Origin: Leptolyngbyaceae cyanobacterium
GTDB lineage: Bacteria; Cyanobacteriota; Cyanobacteriia; Phormidesmidales; Phormidesmidaceae
DNA length: 58,808 nt
NCBI GenBank assembly: GCA_050331235.1
Contig: JBHJHA010000050.1
Coordinates: forward strand, 1 to 58,808
Direction of reading: 5' to 3'
Shown here one piece after another: positions 32,209-42,146 of this stretch. Within the stretch, counting starts at the first letter, position 1, and the number at the start of each line of letters is the position of its first letter. The notes beneath the pieces were generated by a model. It had not been told where the DNA came from, searched no databases, and was given only the letters and a program-made list of their open reading frames with translations. A program made the translations under genes and the position numbers.

Positions 32209-33012
32209 TTAATCTCCAACAGGGCCAGACTCCACGACTAGCCGCAGGCGATCGCTCCAGCGAGTGGCCATGTCAGTGCCTACAGCGTCGGCTATGTCTG
32301 CGAGATCGAGCAACAAATCGCGACGGAGCCGTTGCTCACCGGCGGTTTCTCCCGCGTATACCTGAGCGATCGCATCGTACCAATATCCGGCCTGGGCCAG
32401 CCGGATGCCCTTTTGTTCCGGCGTTGGCGCGACCTCATCTAGCAGTGCTATTCCCCGTGGCGGCTCAACCACGCTGATTTCGGCTGCTATCCAGCGGCCC
32501 TTGATATTAGTATTGCCGTCACAGTAGATAATGGCTTCCCAGCGATAGGTTTCGCCCGGCTGCAGGGCCTCAGCGGCAGCGGGCAGCGCCACGGCTTGAT
32601 AGCCCGAGGCAGTGGGCGTCAGCTCTTGGCGATAGATCACCTCATCAGCGGCGGCTGGATGGTAAAGCTCAAAGACAATTTGCTCTGGGCTATCGCCCCG
32701 GAGATACCAGACAAACGTGGGGCGAGTGGCATAGGTTTGTCCCGGAGTGTCGAACAGGGGCGCAATGGCAATGAGCTCCTCATCACCACAACCGCGAACC
32801 CCCCCACCGGTACTGGCCCCACCTGACCCATGGGAGCCTGCAGGGGGATTGTATGCTCGGGAGCTGATGAGCCGGTGGTCAGCCGTTGGCTGTACGGCAA
32901 TGGGCCCTTGGGCAATGGCGGGCAAGCTCAAGACCAGTAACCAGCTAAGGCTCCTGCCTAACTGCCGAATTCCCTGACGGAGAGAGGGATACTGGTGCAA
33001 TCGGATAGGCAT
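32209..33012 (-). CDS. DUF928 domain protein (secreted)
   Basis: Signal peptide, GGGVRGC, GQT.ATRPTFVWY, L..GETYRW and AQAGYWYDA motifs. Confidence 0.88.
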   Translation of the reverse strand: MPIRLHQYPSLRQGIRQLGRSLSWLLVLSLPAIAQGPIAVQPTADHRLISSRAYNPPAGSHGSGGASTGGGVRGCGDEELIAIAPLFDTPGQTYATRPTFVWYLRGDSPEQIVFELYHPAAADEVIYRQELTPTASGYQAVALPAAAEALQPGETYRWEAIIYCDGNTNIKGRWIAAEISVVEPPRGIALLDEVAPTPEQKGIRLAQAGYWYDAIAQVYAGETAGEQRLRRDLLLDLADIADAVGTDMATRWSDRLRLVVESGPVGD

Positions 33013-33159
33013 AGCGATATCCTGAGGAGCTAAATAAGGGCAACAAAAGTTAGATGCATTAAACCTGAAACCGAGTCGTAAAGAAAGCGGCCTCAGAGGC
33101 CCAAATCCATGAAGAATGTGGGTGTCGGCTCAAGCCGCTTGCCCCGAGCGTTGGAGACA

Positions 33160-33366
33160 CTAGCGGCGATACCAAAATCGCCATAGCCGACAAAGCCAAA
33201 ACAAGATCGTGCAAGTGAGTAGGGCAGTGCTCAACCATGACAGTCCCGGTACGGGGATGCCGAGCTTACCGAGTGCGAAGATTACGACATCATCAAGGCA
33301 GCTCAACATCAGAACGGCACTCTTTTGCATCAGGGTGGAGAGACTGGCAGCAAGGGGGCTTTGCAT
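33160..33366 (-). CDS. Possible small membrane protein (68 aa)
   Basis: Co-oriented between the CHASE2 kinase and DUF928. Hydrophobic C-terminal helix followed by a basic/aromatic tail. No family recognised. Confidence 0.35.
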   Translation of the reverse strand: MQSPLAASLSTLMQKSAVLMLSCLDDVVIFALGKLGIPVPGLSWLSTALLTCTILFWLCRLWRFWYRR

Positions 33367-33498
33367 TGCTTTGGCGATCGCTTGAGTTCTTCTTCACAGT
33401 AAGTAGTACCGTTTCGGGAAACACCTAAGGTTTCGGACAGGCGCTTGGCGATTTGGCGACAGCTCCATTGCACTTTTCGGCAATGGCCAGTGCATGGT

Positions 33499-35472
33499 CT
33501 ACGGTTTGCTAGGTAGAGGTCGGGCAGCTGGCCAAAGCTGCCACCAGGGTCGCTGCCGTTGTCGGGGCCACCGCAACTGGCAGCGAGCCCCTTTTGGGGT
33601 AATTTCCCGCTCGTAATGGCCGCCGAGGCGATGGGCCAGATCATGGGCCTGTTGCGTGCCCCGCCCGCTATCGGCGAGGGGTTGAGTCTCAGCAGGTGCC
33701 ATAGTTTCAGGGTTGCCCTGACCGTTGTCTTCAACCCGAATAATATTTTCGACCTCGTTGGCAAAACAGGTGACTGTGAGCCGTTTGGCATTCACCGCAT
33801 GTTTCCCCACATTGCACAGCATTTCCTCAAGGAGGCGGCAAAGGGACTGGCGATCGCCAGTATTGAGGCCGGTTTCCTCCATGGGTTCAAACTTCACCAC
33901 CTGAAACTTAATCGAGGCAAAGCCGGGAAAGTCGCGTTTGAGAGTGGACGTATAGACCTCGTACAGGATTTCATGCAGTTCACTCCGCAGGTCGACGACA
34001 TGACCACTCCCCAGATGGAGCTGCTCGTCAATGGGCAAAGATTCCTGCTGGAGGCGATTGTAAACCGCGCGCAGTTCCTGGTTGAGGTGAGTGAGCTGAG
34101 TTTGTACGGCAGGAGACAGGGCGTCCTGCTGTTTCAGCAGGAGAGCTAGTGACTGCAACGGTCCGTTGTGAATGGCATCGTAGGTTTCTTCGATGACGCG
34201 CTGGCGAGCGGCAATGCGCGATCGCAAGGTTTGATCGTAGAGATAAAAACCCGGTAAAACGAGGCCATTGAGCGTTAGGGCGATCAAGGTCGGCATCACT
34301 GGGAGCCACCAACCTCCGAGCCACAGGGCAACGAAACTCCCCACAAACAGCCCCGCACTGATCCCGCCAATAGCGAGCAAATACCAAACGGGACGAGTGA
34401 CGTAACTGACGAGCAGCATGCCCACTGCCCCCCAGATCGCAATCCAGGTATATTCCCACGGATCTGGCCAAGTATTAATCAGCGGGCGATCGCTGAGCAC
34501 GGCGTTGATTACTTGACTCGTGAGGTGGGCGTGCATCTCCACCCCATAGACTAAGCCCGGATTGAGCGTGTTGACTGCGCCAGAGTTAACCAAATCCTTT
34601 TGGCTCAGGGACATGATGCCGATTAATACTACCCGGTCGCGAATTAAGGCCGGATCAACGTCCCCTGCCAATACCGCTGATAGGGAAACGATGTCGAAGG
34701 GTGAGTGGCCGCTGCGAACGTTGATGAGCATTTGCACGCCAGAGGCATCGGCATTAACATAGCCCCCCATGTTAGGGAGAAACCGACTAAGCTCGGTCTC
34801 TCCTAACCGCATGTTGCCGGGGTTGCGCCGCCCGTTTTCAATAAAAATCCCTTCTTCAGACAGGTAAGCCTCAGCCAGCAGCAGCGCAAAAGCCAGCCGA
34901 AATCGCTCGGCCTCTGGGTGGGTCGGCGGGGGGAACGCGCCCAAAAAAGTGCGACGGACAAAGCCATCGGCATCTAACGGAAAGTCATTGAATCCGACTC
35001 GCTCGGGGGGGAGGGCCGCTGGGGGAAAAATCGGTGAGGTCGACATGGCTTGCTCAATGCCATAGAGCTGTGACGACTGGGCAAAGAGCTGAGCGAGCAC
35101 CTCGGCTCCGGGCGCAACGGGCAAATCTCGGAAAACATCGAGCCCGATTACCCGTGGCCTATGTTGCTGGAGCTCACGGATGAGCTGGGCTAGCACGGCA
35201 TCAGGGATCGGGTAGGTGCCTACCTGCTGAATGTCGGCCTCGTTAATCCCCACAATGAGCAAGCGACTGTCGGTTGCCTCCGCCGGTCGCCACCGCAAAA
35301 AATTGTCTAACGCCTGCCACTCTAATTCCTGAAGGACGCCGAGCAGCCTCAATATCCCTATCACAACGATGACTGTCAGCCCGGGGACTACACGCCGTTG
35401 CCAACTAGTCCGGGATAATCGCTGCCAAATTTCAGAAGAAGCGGGGGATAAGGTCACAGCAGGCGCGATCAC
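33499..35472 (-). CDS. CHASE2-domain sensor histidine kinase (HisKA_3-type)
   Basis: CHASE2 motifs (LLIVGINEADI, PRVIGLDVFRD, DADGFVRR, YGVEMHAH), 3 TM segments, H-box IHNGPLQ, EMLCNVGKHA, EDNGQG and GRGT. Confidence 0.9.
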   Translation of the reverse strand: MIAPAVTLSPASSEIWQRLSRTSWQRRVVPGLTVIVVIGILRLLGVLQELEWQALDNFLRWRPAEATDSRLLIVGINEADIQQVGTYPIPDAVLAQLIRELQQHRPRVIGLDVFRDLPVAPGAEVLAQLFAQSSQLYGIEQAMSTSPIFPPAALPPERVGFNDFPLDADGFVRRTFLGAFPPPTHPEAERFRLAFALLLAEAYLSEEGIFIENGRRNPGNMRLGETELSRFLPNMGGYVNADASGVQMLINVRSGHSPFDIVSLSAVLAGDVDPALIRDRVVLIGIMSLSQKDLVNSGAVNTLNPGLVYGVEMHAHLTSQVINAVLSDRPLINTWPDPWEYTWIAIWGAVGMLLVSYVTRPVWYLLAIGGISAGLFVGSFVALWLGGWWLPVMPTLIALTLNGLVLPGFYLYDQTLRSRIAARQRVIEETYDAIHNGPLQSLALLLKQQDALSPAVQTQLTHLNQELRAVYNRLQQESLPIDEQLHLGSGHVVDLRSELHEILYEVYTSTLKRDFPGFASIKFQVVKFEPMEETGLNTGDRQSLCRLLEEMLCNVGKHAVNAKRLTVTCFANEVENIIRVEDNGQGNPETMAPAETQPLADSGRGTQQAHDLAHRLGGHYEREITPKGARCQLRWPRQRQRPWWQLWPAARPLPSKP

Positions 35473-35554
35473 AAAACGGGTCGTCTCAAATCTACAACCA
35501 GTTCGCCCAAAACTGCCCGCGACAACTTAGCCGCCTCTTGCTGGCGGCTGCGCC

Positions 35555-36211
35555 TCAGTCGATCAAGCCTTCTTCCCGCGCCCGAATTTCGGTTTGAATA
35601 CGAATGTTTTTTCCGGCCTCAGGGTAAACCTCTAAAGCATCCTGCACCTTGGTCCAGTAGTGACGAACGGTGCGCTCTGCGACGTTGATTTCCTCGGCGA
35701 TCGCTTTATCTTGCAGACCTTCCTTAAAGGCGAGGCGCAGCACTTCTAGCCACTCAGGTTTGACTTCGATGCCGGTGCGCATATCTCGTGGGGTGTAGAT
35801 CAACCCTTTCAAGGACCAATCCACTTTGGTTAACATTTCCTGCATCGGCAAATTTTTATCGGCAATGGTAAATCCGGCCTGGTGGGCATCGATGGCGGGT
35901 TTGAGCCGTACCAGTGACTTGACGTGGGCACTTTGGACCACAATATTTAGCTCGGCATGGGTCGCCAGCAGCGATCGCAAAAACTCAATACCGGTATCGA
36001 TTTCTGACGGCTGACCGGGGGCCGCGGGAATCGACAAATCCGTCATGAGTAAGTCTGGTAAGCCGTAACCGAGCTCTTCCCAAGCCGCTTGGGCACAGTT
36101 CGCTGTGCGAATACGGGCGGCGGAATATGTCTTTTCAAGGGCCGCGACGGTACCCCCCAAGACGGCTTCATGGTCATCGACAACAAGGAGCTTGAGGGAG
36201 TCGGAGGTCAT
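35555..36211 (-). CDS. NarL/LuxR-type DNA-binding response regulator
   Basis: LVVDDHE, phospho-acceptor TDLSIP and C-terminal HTH GLQDKAIAEEINVAERTVRHY. Confidence 0.92.
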   Translation of the reverse strand: MTSDSLKLLVVDDHEAVLGGTVAALEKTYSAARIRTANCAQAAWEELGYGLPDLLMTDLSIPAAPGQPSEIDTGIEFLRSLLATHAELNIVVQSAHVKSLVRLKPAIDAHQAGFTIADKNLPMQEMLTKVDWSLKGLIYTPRDMRTGIEVKPEWLEVLRLAFKEGLQDKAIAEEINVAERTVRHYWTKVQDALEVYPEAGKNIRIQTEIRAREEGLID

Positions 36212-36891
36212 AGCGATAGATCAGAAGAGGGCGAAAGGGCTGCGGCGGATGTCTGCCACTCCAATTTTAAGGAAAACTTATCGGTCTGAAACTGAAGTTG
36301 AGAGTTGGTTTCAGAGAGCAAGCGCAAGGTTTCGCAAAATGGCCGCAAGGTTGTTTCAATCTGCTCTGTCAGCGATCGCTCAGGCACTAGGGCGTAGTAA
36401 GCCTCAAACCCCAAAGATTTACCGAGATTATTTTCTGCGATCGCTAGTTTGGCCTGAGTCGGGAGATGTTTGGTTTCTGCCAATAGAGGCAGCAGTGATT
36501 TGAAGAGCAGCACTAATAGTTGAGATTGCTCCAATGACTCAAAACTCCAGCTAGAAGGTAGCTGGAGTGCCAGATTAAGACGGGTTTGCCAAGGCCGAAC
36601 GACTTGCTGCAGCGCCAGCGGCATTGAGTCTCGCATAAAGGGCGAATGCAGGCGATCGCAAACTCCCTCCAGCAGGCTGTACAGGCGGGAGAGGTCAGCG
36701 ACCTGAGGGGCACCAGCTGACTCGTCTGAGTGAGGGCTAAGGGGACAAGCCAGCTCCAGTCGGCGACGCATCGCGATAATTTCTTGCAGTAATCCATTGC
36801 GGATAAAGTCGGTTTCCCGCAGCAGCATCTGTGCTTGATATTGATGCCACCAGCGCAAAAGTTCCGTCTGATCTATGCATTTGGGTGCCAA
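36208..36891 (-). CDS. Hypothetical protein resembling a degenerate HisKA_3 kinase core lacking the His
   Basis: IRNGLLQEI aligns with the neighbour's IHNGPLQSL. LHSPFMRDSMPLALQ resembles the HisKA_3 LRP..L...L..AL motif. Overlaps the response regulator by ATGA. Confidence 0.65.
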   Translation of the reverse strand: MAPKCIDQTELLRWWHQYQAQMLLRETDFIRNGLLQEIIAMRRRLELACPLSPHSDESAGAPQVADLSRLYSLLEGVCDRLHSPFMRDSMPLALQQVVRPWQTRLNLALQLPSSWSFESLEQSQLLVLLFKSLLPLLAETKHLPTQAKLAIAENNLGKSLGFEAYYALVPERSLTEQIETTLRPFCETLRLLSETNSQLQFQTDKFSLKLEWQTSAAALSPSSDLSL

Positions 36892-37073
36892 GCCGCTACG
36901 AGCTCCTCAATTGCTGAAATTTAATGTATCCCCTCTTGCGGCCACGGCGGTGGCTAATTCCTGTGATAAAAGTTGCTGTTTTCGGCCACTCAATCGAGAC
37001 GGCAAGCTTCCCACGAGCTATAGGAATTTCCAAACTTCGCGATATGCTACCTACGCAGGTTCCCAAACGACAT

Positions 37074-38486
37074 ATGGATAAAGCCGACCTCGCATTCACC
37101 CCCGCCCTTGAACAAGCCCAGTTGATCCGCCACAAGGTGGTTTCTCCTCTGGAGTTGACCGAGCTATACATAGAGCGAATTGAGCGCCTGAACCCATTAC
37201 TGGGGAGCTATTTTACGGTGATGCAAGAAGCGGCGATCGCCGATGCCCAAGCCAAAACGGAGCAGCTCGCCACAGCTGATCCGGCAGCGCTGCCGCCGTT
37301 TTTTGGCGTACCACTCTCCGTCAAAGATCTCAATCCGATCGCCGGAGTACCTTGTTCCTACGGGGTCGCAGCGGCTAAAACTCGCCTGGCTGAACAGGAC
37401 GATAGGTTAGTGTCGCGCCTCCGGGCCGCCGGGTTTGTCATGCTCGGTAAGACGGCTACCTCGCAACTGGGGTCGTTTCCCTATACGGAGCCGCCGGGCT
37501 TTTTGCCCACTCGCAATCCGTGGAATTTGGCCCACACAGCGGGTGGTTCAACCGGGGGCGGAGCGGCGGCTTTAGCCGCTGGACTCTGCGCGATCGCCCA
37601 AGGGTCTGATGGCGGCGGTTCGCTCCGCGGACCGGCCTTTTGCTGTGGCCTTGTGGGCATGAAGCCCTCCCGTGGGCGGGTGAGCTTTGCGCCGGTAGGC
37701 GAGCGGTTACATGGATTGGCTACCAATGGTCCCCTAGGGCGCACGGTAGCTGACACTGCTGCTTTTTTAGACGTGATGGCGGGGTATGTCGTCGGCGATC
37801 CCTATTGGTTGCCGCCGCCGCCAACGAGCTTCCTGTCGGTGACGCAAAGCGATCCAGCGCCATTGAGAGTGGGGCTAATGACCGAAGTGTTGCCCATCGG
37901 GGAACCGACCGCTGAGTGCAAACAGGCCGTTGTGCAAACGGCACAGCATCTGGCAGCTTTGGGCCATGAAGTTGAGCCACTCCCCCCCCCCGACCTGACA
38001 GAACTGATCGAGCCATTTACGGTGGTGTGGCAGTGTGTCATTGCTGAAGCTAACATCCCCTTCTTTGTCCTAGAGCGGATGAATCGCTGGCTACTGTGGC
38101 GAGCTTGGCAAATCCGCAGCGGGGCTTACCTGCGGGCAGTGACCAAACTGCAGCGGGTGGCACGCCAGATTGTGGCTCAGTTTTACGATTACGATTTAGT
38201 CTTAGCCCCGGTATATATGCAGCCAGCAATTCGAGTAGGAGAGTGGCAGTCACTCCGATGCCAACAAATTTTAGACAACATCATTAATTGGATTGCGCCT
38301 TGTCCGCCATTCAACGCGAGCGGTCAGCCGGCGATCGCCCTGCCAACGGGGTTTACCACTACGGGGTTGCCCATCGGCGTGCAATTAATTGGGCGTCCGG
38401 GGGCTGATGATCTGGTATTGGCTGCCGCTGCCCAACTCGAGCGCACATACTTTAAAAATCGAGAACGTCCAGCCCTTACCCGATAA
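37074..38486 (+). CDS. Amidase-signature family amidase (start 37074, MDKADLAF)
   Basis: GVPLSVKDL, RNPWN..TAGGSTGG and GSDGGGSLRGPA catalytic signature. Confidence 0.93.
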   Translation: MDKADLAFTPALEQAQLIRHKVVSPLELTELYIERIERLNPLLGSYFTVMQEAAIADAQAKTEQLATADPAALPPFFGVPLSVKDLNPIAGVPCSYGVAAAKTRLAEQDDRLVSRLRAAGFVMLGKTATSQLGSFPYTEPPGFLPTRNPWNLAHTAGGSTGGGAAALAAGLCAIAQGSDGGGSLRGPAFCCGLVGMKPSRGRVSFAPVGERLHGLATNGPLGRTVADTAAFLDVMAGYVVGDPYWLPPPPTSFLSVTQSDPAPLRVGLMTEVLPIGEPTAECKQAVVQTAQHLAALGHEVEPLPPPDLTELIEPFTVVWQCVIAEANIPFFVLERMNRWLLWRAWQIRSGAYLRAVTKLQRVARQIVAQFYDYDLVLAPVYMQPAIRVGEWQSLRCQQILDNIINWIAPCPPFNASGQPAIALPTGFTTTGLPIGVQLIGRPGADDLVLAAAAQLERTYFKNRERPALTR

Positions 38487-38491
38487 AGAGC

Positions 38492-39001
38492 TTAGCTGAG
38501 TTCCGTCGCTGTCGTTGCAGATGATTGCCGCCGCTGGGCAAACCACTCCTGGAGTTGCGTTTGGCAAGGCCCCGCCAAAATTCCTGTCAACACCGTCAAC
38601 CGATGATTAGACGCCGCACTATCTGGCAGGTTGAGAACGGTGCGGATGGCACCGGCCTTGGAATCATCCGTTCCATAAACGAGGCGACTCACGCGACTGA
38701 GAATGATGGCCCCTGCACACATGGGACAGGGTTCTAACGTGACATAGAGTGTGCAGCCTGATAAATTCCAGTTTTGACGTACCTGCCCTGCCCGTCTAAG
38801 GGCGATCGCCTCAGCATGACCCGTTGGGTCATGTTGGCGTTCCCGACAGTTGCCAGCCTCTGCAATCAAGCCATTGTGCTCATCGACGACCACGGCCCCC
38901 ACCGGAACGTCACCTGCCCCTCCGGCGATCGCTGCCAATTCCAAAGCGCGAAGCATCCACTGGCAATGTCGCTCATAACTTGTATCAACGGGGGTAGGCA
39001 T
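38492..39001 (-). CDS. tadA: tRNA adenosine(34) deaminase (start 39001 likely)
   Basis: DVPVGAVVV, HDPTGHAE, LYVTLEPCPMCAGAI and NH..V..GIL...C...LQEWF..RR. Confidence 0.9.
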   Translation of the reverse strand: MPTPVDTSYERHCQWMLRALELAAIAGGAGDVPVGAVVVDEHNGLIAEAGNCRERQHDPTGHAEAIALRRAGQVRQNWNLSGCTLYVTLEPCPMCAGAIILSRVSRLVYGTDDSKAGAIRTVLNLPDSAASNHRLTVLTGILAGPCQTQLQEWFAQRRQSSATTATELS

Positions 39002-39095
39002 CGGCTGTACTGAAAGTAAAGGAAATATAGTGAACCGAGTGGCTGGCCCCCAAATATTGTGGGCTCCTGGCATTCGTGATAGATATCATTAGGCG

Positions 39096-40565
39096 CTAGT
39101 CCGGCCAATCAAGAGGCTGTTCCGCAGCTTTGGGCGCTGGGGCGGTTTGCGATGGGTAGGACTGCGGTGGCGATAGGAGCTGCAACTGGCCCGAGGCAGT
39201 GGGGCGAGCGCGACGGCGACGGGAAATACCCTCTTCTGCGGTTTCTTCTGCGATCACCTCATAGAGGATGGCCCGTTTTCCGCCAGCACCCTTACGAAGA
39301 ATTCGCCCCAAGCGCTGAATATATTCACGGGTTGAGCCTGTACCGGATAGCATGATCGCGATGCGCGCATCGGGTACATCAACCCCCTCATTCAGAACTT
39401 GAGAGACCACTAGCGTTGGATAGGCCCCGCTGCGGAATTTTTCCAAAATCGCCTGGCGCTCTTTGACCGCAGTTTGATGGGTAATAGCGGGAATCAAGAG
39501 GTCTTCAGAAATGCGGTACACCGTGGCATTGTCGGCTGTGAAAATCAAACATCGATCCGGAAAATGACGCTCCAAAAGGTCTCCTAAAACCTTTAATTTA
39601 CCTTCGGTGCCTAAGGCGATCGCCCGTGACTCTCGGTGGGCCAGCATTGCTCGCCGACCAGCGGGGGATTTGGCGCTAGCCTGCACAAATCGCTGCCAGC
39701 CATCTAAGCTGCCAAGCCAAAGGTTGGCCCCCTGCAAGAAGTCGTTGCGTTGCTGAATGAGACTTTGATAGCGCTCTTGCTCGGCAGCACTTAAAGTCAC
39801 TTTGATTTGGACCACTTCGTAGTCAGCCAAAGTGCTGCCGGCGAGCTCTTCGGGGTGTTTTTGATAAACAACCGGGCCGAGCAGCTGTACCAGATCTTCG
39901 TGGCGGCCGTCAGCCCGCTCAGGGGTCGCGGTTAGCCCCAGCCGGTAGGGAGCAATGGAATACTCAGCAATGACTCGATTAAAATCGCTGGGTAAATGAT
40001 GACATTCGTCACAGATTAACAGGCCGTACTGGTTGCCCAAGGTCTCTGCCTGGATTGCGGCGCTGTCGTAGGTGGCGACCAGAATAGGTGTGAGATCGCG
40101 CGAGCCCCCGCCAAGTAGGCCAATTTCAACCGTAGGAAACGTCCGTAAAAGTTGGTCGTACCATTGGTGCATCAAATCCAACGTTGGCACTGTAATCAGA
40201 GTGCTGCGGGGCGTTGCCTGCATGGCGAGATAAGCGAGGTAAGTTTTGCCCGCCGCGGTTGGTAAAACGACTACCCCCTGGCGATCGTGGCTTTTCCATG
40301 CACTAAGCGCCTCTTGCTGATGCAAGTAAGGAGAAAATGGGGTTTTAAGCGTGAGGGATAAAGTCTCAAACTTGGCGACGTGGTCGGTAAAGTTGACCTG
40401 TTCCTGGCGCAGCGCCTCGACTAAAGGGCGATACCGGTGGGCGGGAATCCGAAAGCGCTCGATGCGATCGTCCCAAACGACAAAGTCGACCCAGGCTTTG
40501 CCCCGCGGGGGGGGATGCAAAATCAGGGTGCCACGATCAAAAGTCAAGTGAGGAGTGCGGGCCAT
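39096..40565 (-). CDS. SF2 DNA helicase, XPB/Rad25-like
   Basis: LPTAAGKT, DECHH, LGLTATPER, NEGVDVPDA and YIQRLGRILR motifs. Confidence 0.9.
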   Translation of the reverse strand: MARTPHLTFDRGTLILHPPPRGKAWVDFVVWDDRIERFRIPAHRYRPLVEALRQEQVNFTDHVAKFETLSLTLKTPFSPYLHQQEALSAWKSHDRQGVVVLPTAAGKTYLAYLAMQATPRSTLITVPTLDLMHQWYDQLLRTFPTVEIGLLGGGSRDLTPILVATYDSAAIQAETLGNQYGLLICDECHHLPSDFNRVIAEYSIAPYRLGLTATPERADGRHEDLVQLLGPVVYQKHPEELAGSTLADYEVVQIKVTLSAAEQERYQSLIQQRNDFLQGANLWLGSLDGWQRFVQASAKSPAGRRAMLAHRESRAIALGTEGKLKVLGDLLERHFPDRCLIFTADNATVYRISEDLLIPAITHQTAVKERQAILEKFRSGAYPTLVVSQVLNEGVDVPDARIAIMLSGTGSTREYIQRLGRILRKGAGGKRAILYEVIAEETAEEGISRRRRARPTASGQLQLLSPPQSYPSQTAPAPKAAEQPLDWPD

Positions 40566-41505
40566 CTACCGGCAAAGGATACTCCCGATATTCTAAAGAA
40601 TCATGGGTGAGGTTTTCCGGTTTGCTGCCGTGGCGGAGCACCGTCTGAATTTCTGGGCTGTCGAGGACAACGCTGAAGTTGGAGTCGGTTTTGACCATGA
40701 TCCGATACAAATTGGGATTGACCGCGATCGCATTGCGTAACCATCGGGCTGCAGCCTCAGACTTACCCTGGAGTGCAAAGGTCGAAGCCTTGCCATACCA
40801 AGCATTAGGATTGGGAACTCGGCATCCTAACGACCGATCGAAGCTGATCAGAGCATCCCGAAACCGGTGAAGCTTGTTAAGAATCACTCCCCGATATGTC
40901 CAGGCATAATGGCAGTCAGGCTTGATGGCAACGGTTGTATCCACACAACTCAACGCATCATGCAATCGCCGCATTGCCCCCAAAGCAATGGCCCGGTCAT
41001 ACCAGGCGTAATAATTATCCGGCTGCTTTTGGATTAACTCATTAAAACAATCAGCCGCTTCGGGATAGCGGTGTAGCCTTAGCAGCGCATTGCCTCGATT
41101 GTGCCAAGCTTTGAGGTCGTCTGGGTTAAGGCTAATCGTCTGCTCAAAGCTCTTGAGGGCCGCGATAAAATCTTGCAACTTGGCTTGCGCTATTCCTAGG
41201 CCGTGCCAAGCACGAGGCTGTTGGGGATTTAAGCGGACGGCCTCTTCAAAACTGTGTAGAGCTAATTCATGCTGACCTAGCTCATACAGCGCCGAGCCCT
41301 TGTCTATCCATGCGATGCAGTCTGCCGGGTTGTCGCTGAGCGCCCGCTCGCATCGCGCTAGGGCTGAGCGATATCGACCCGCATCGAATAGCGCGATCGC
41401 CTGGCTATGCCAGATTTGAGTAGCCTGTTGATGGGAGACAGTCACAGTATTAACCGAGTTGCACCGTAGTTGAGTGAAATCTTTAGACCTGATCAAATTC
41501 AACAA
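40537..41505 (-). CDS. Tetratricopeptide repeat protein (start uncertain)
   Basis: About seven 34-aa TPR units (AWIDKGSAL, AWHGLG, AWHNRGNAL, AWYDRA, AWTYRG, AWYGKA). Confidence 0.88.
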   Translation of the reverse strand: MLNLIRSKDFTQLRCNSVNTVTVSHQQATQIWHSQAIALFDAGRYRSALARCERALSDNPADCIAWIDKGSALYELGQHELALHSFEEAVRLNPQQPRAWHGLGIAQAKLQDFIAALKSFEQTISLNPDDLKAWHNRGNALLRLHRYPEAADCFNELIQKQPDNYYAWYDRAIALGAMRRLHDALSCVDTTVAIKPDCHYAWTYRGVILNKLHRFRDALISFDRSLGCRVPNPNAWYGKASTFALQGKSEAAARWLRNAIAVNPNLYRIMVKTDSNFSVVLDSPEIQTVLRHGSKPENLTHDSLEYREYPLPVDGPHSSLDF

Positions 41506-42146
41506 CCTTCATCTATCCAGGTTGGGCAGGCTGTAGTAGATATACGGACTAAAAGATTGGGGTGAAGGTTATTAATTAACCCTGACAACTTAAGTTATCC
41601 CAACGGGTAGAGATTGTGAGCGTTGAGATCGAGTCTTCTTGAAGAATTTATATGGATAAGCGGATATTTAAGAAGCTTGAAATGAGTCTGAAAAGGCTAT
41701 GGGATAGCGGTCAAAGTATTTCTGCTCGATAACCGCTAGAACATCACTCATGGCAGCATGCCAGTCGATGCAGCCGAGATTTTGGAGTCGCGTTTCAAGG
41801 GGGCAAATTCTGGGGGCAGGCGGCCTTCAACAATCTGCAAGATGCTATATCAAGGCTAACTCAGTAAAAATGATGAGGCGAGTCAAAGGGGGTAAGAAGC
41901 TAAGTAAAGCTTTGGTTTTCATGAATTGCTAGACTTGAAGCTAGTTTTCTCAGTTATGAAACCCTCTACAGGGAGTTTTTTCCAAGGGCGGATATGACTA
42001 TAAAAACTATTCTGCTCTATGTAGATAGTGTGAATAAATATCCTGTTTGCGTTAAATATTCAATCTAATAAGTGTGAAGAAAGTCAGAAAAGATTCTGGT
42101 CTGGATAATACGGATCTCTCAAGAAACTGAGTTGAAAAGTTTGCTA

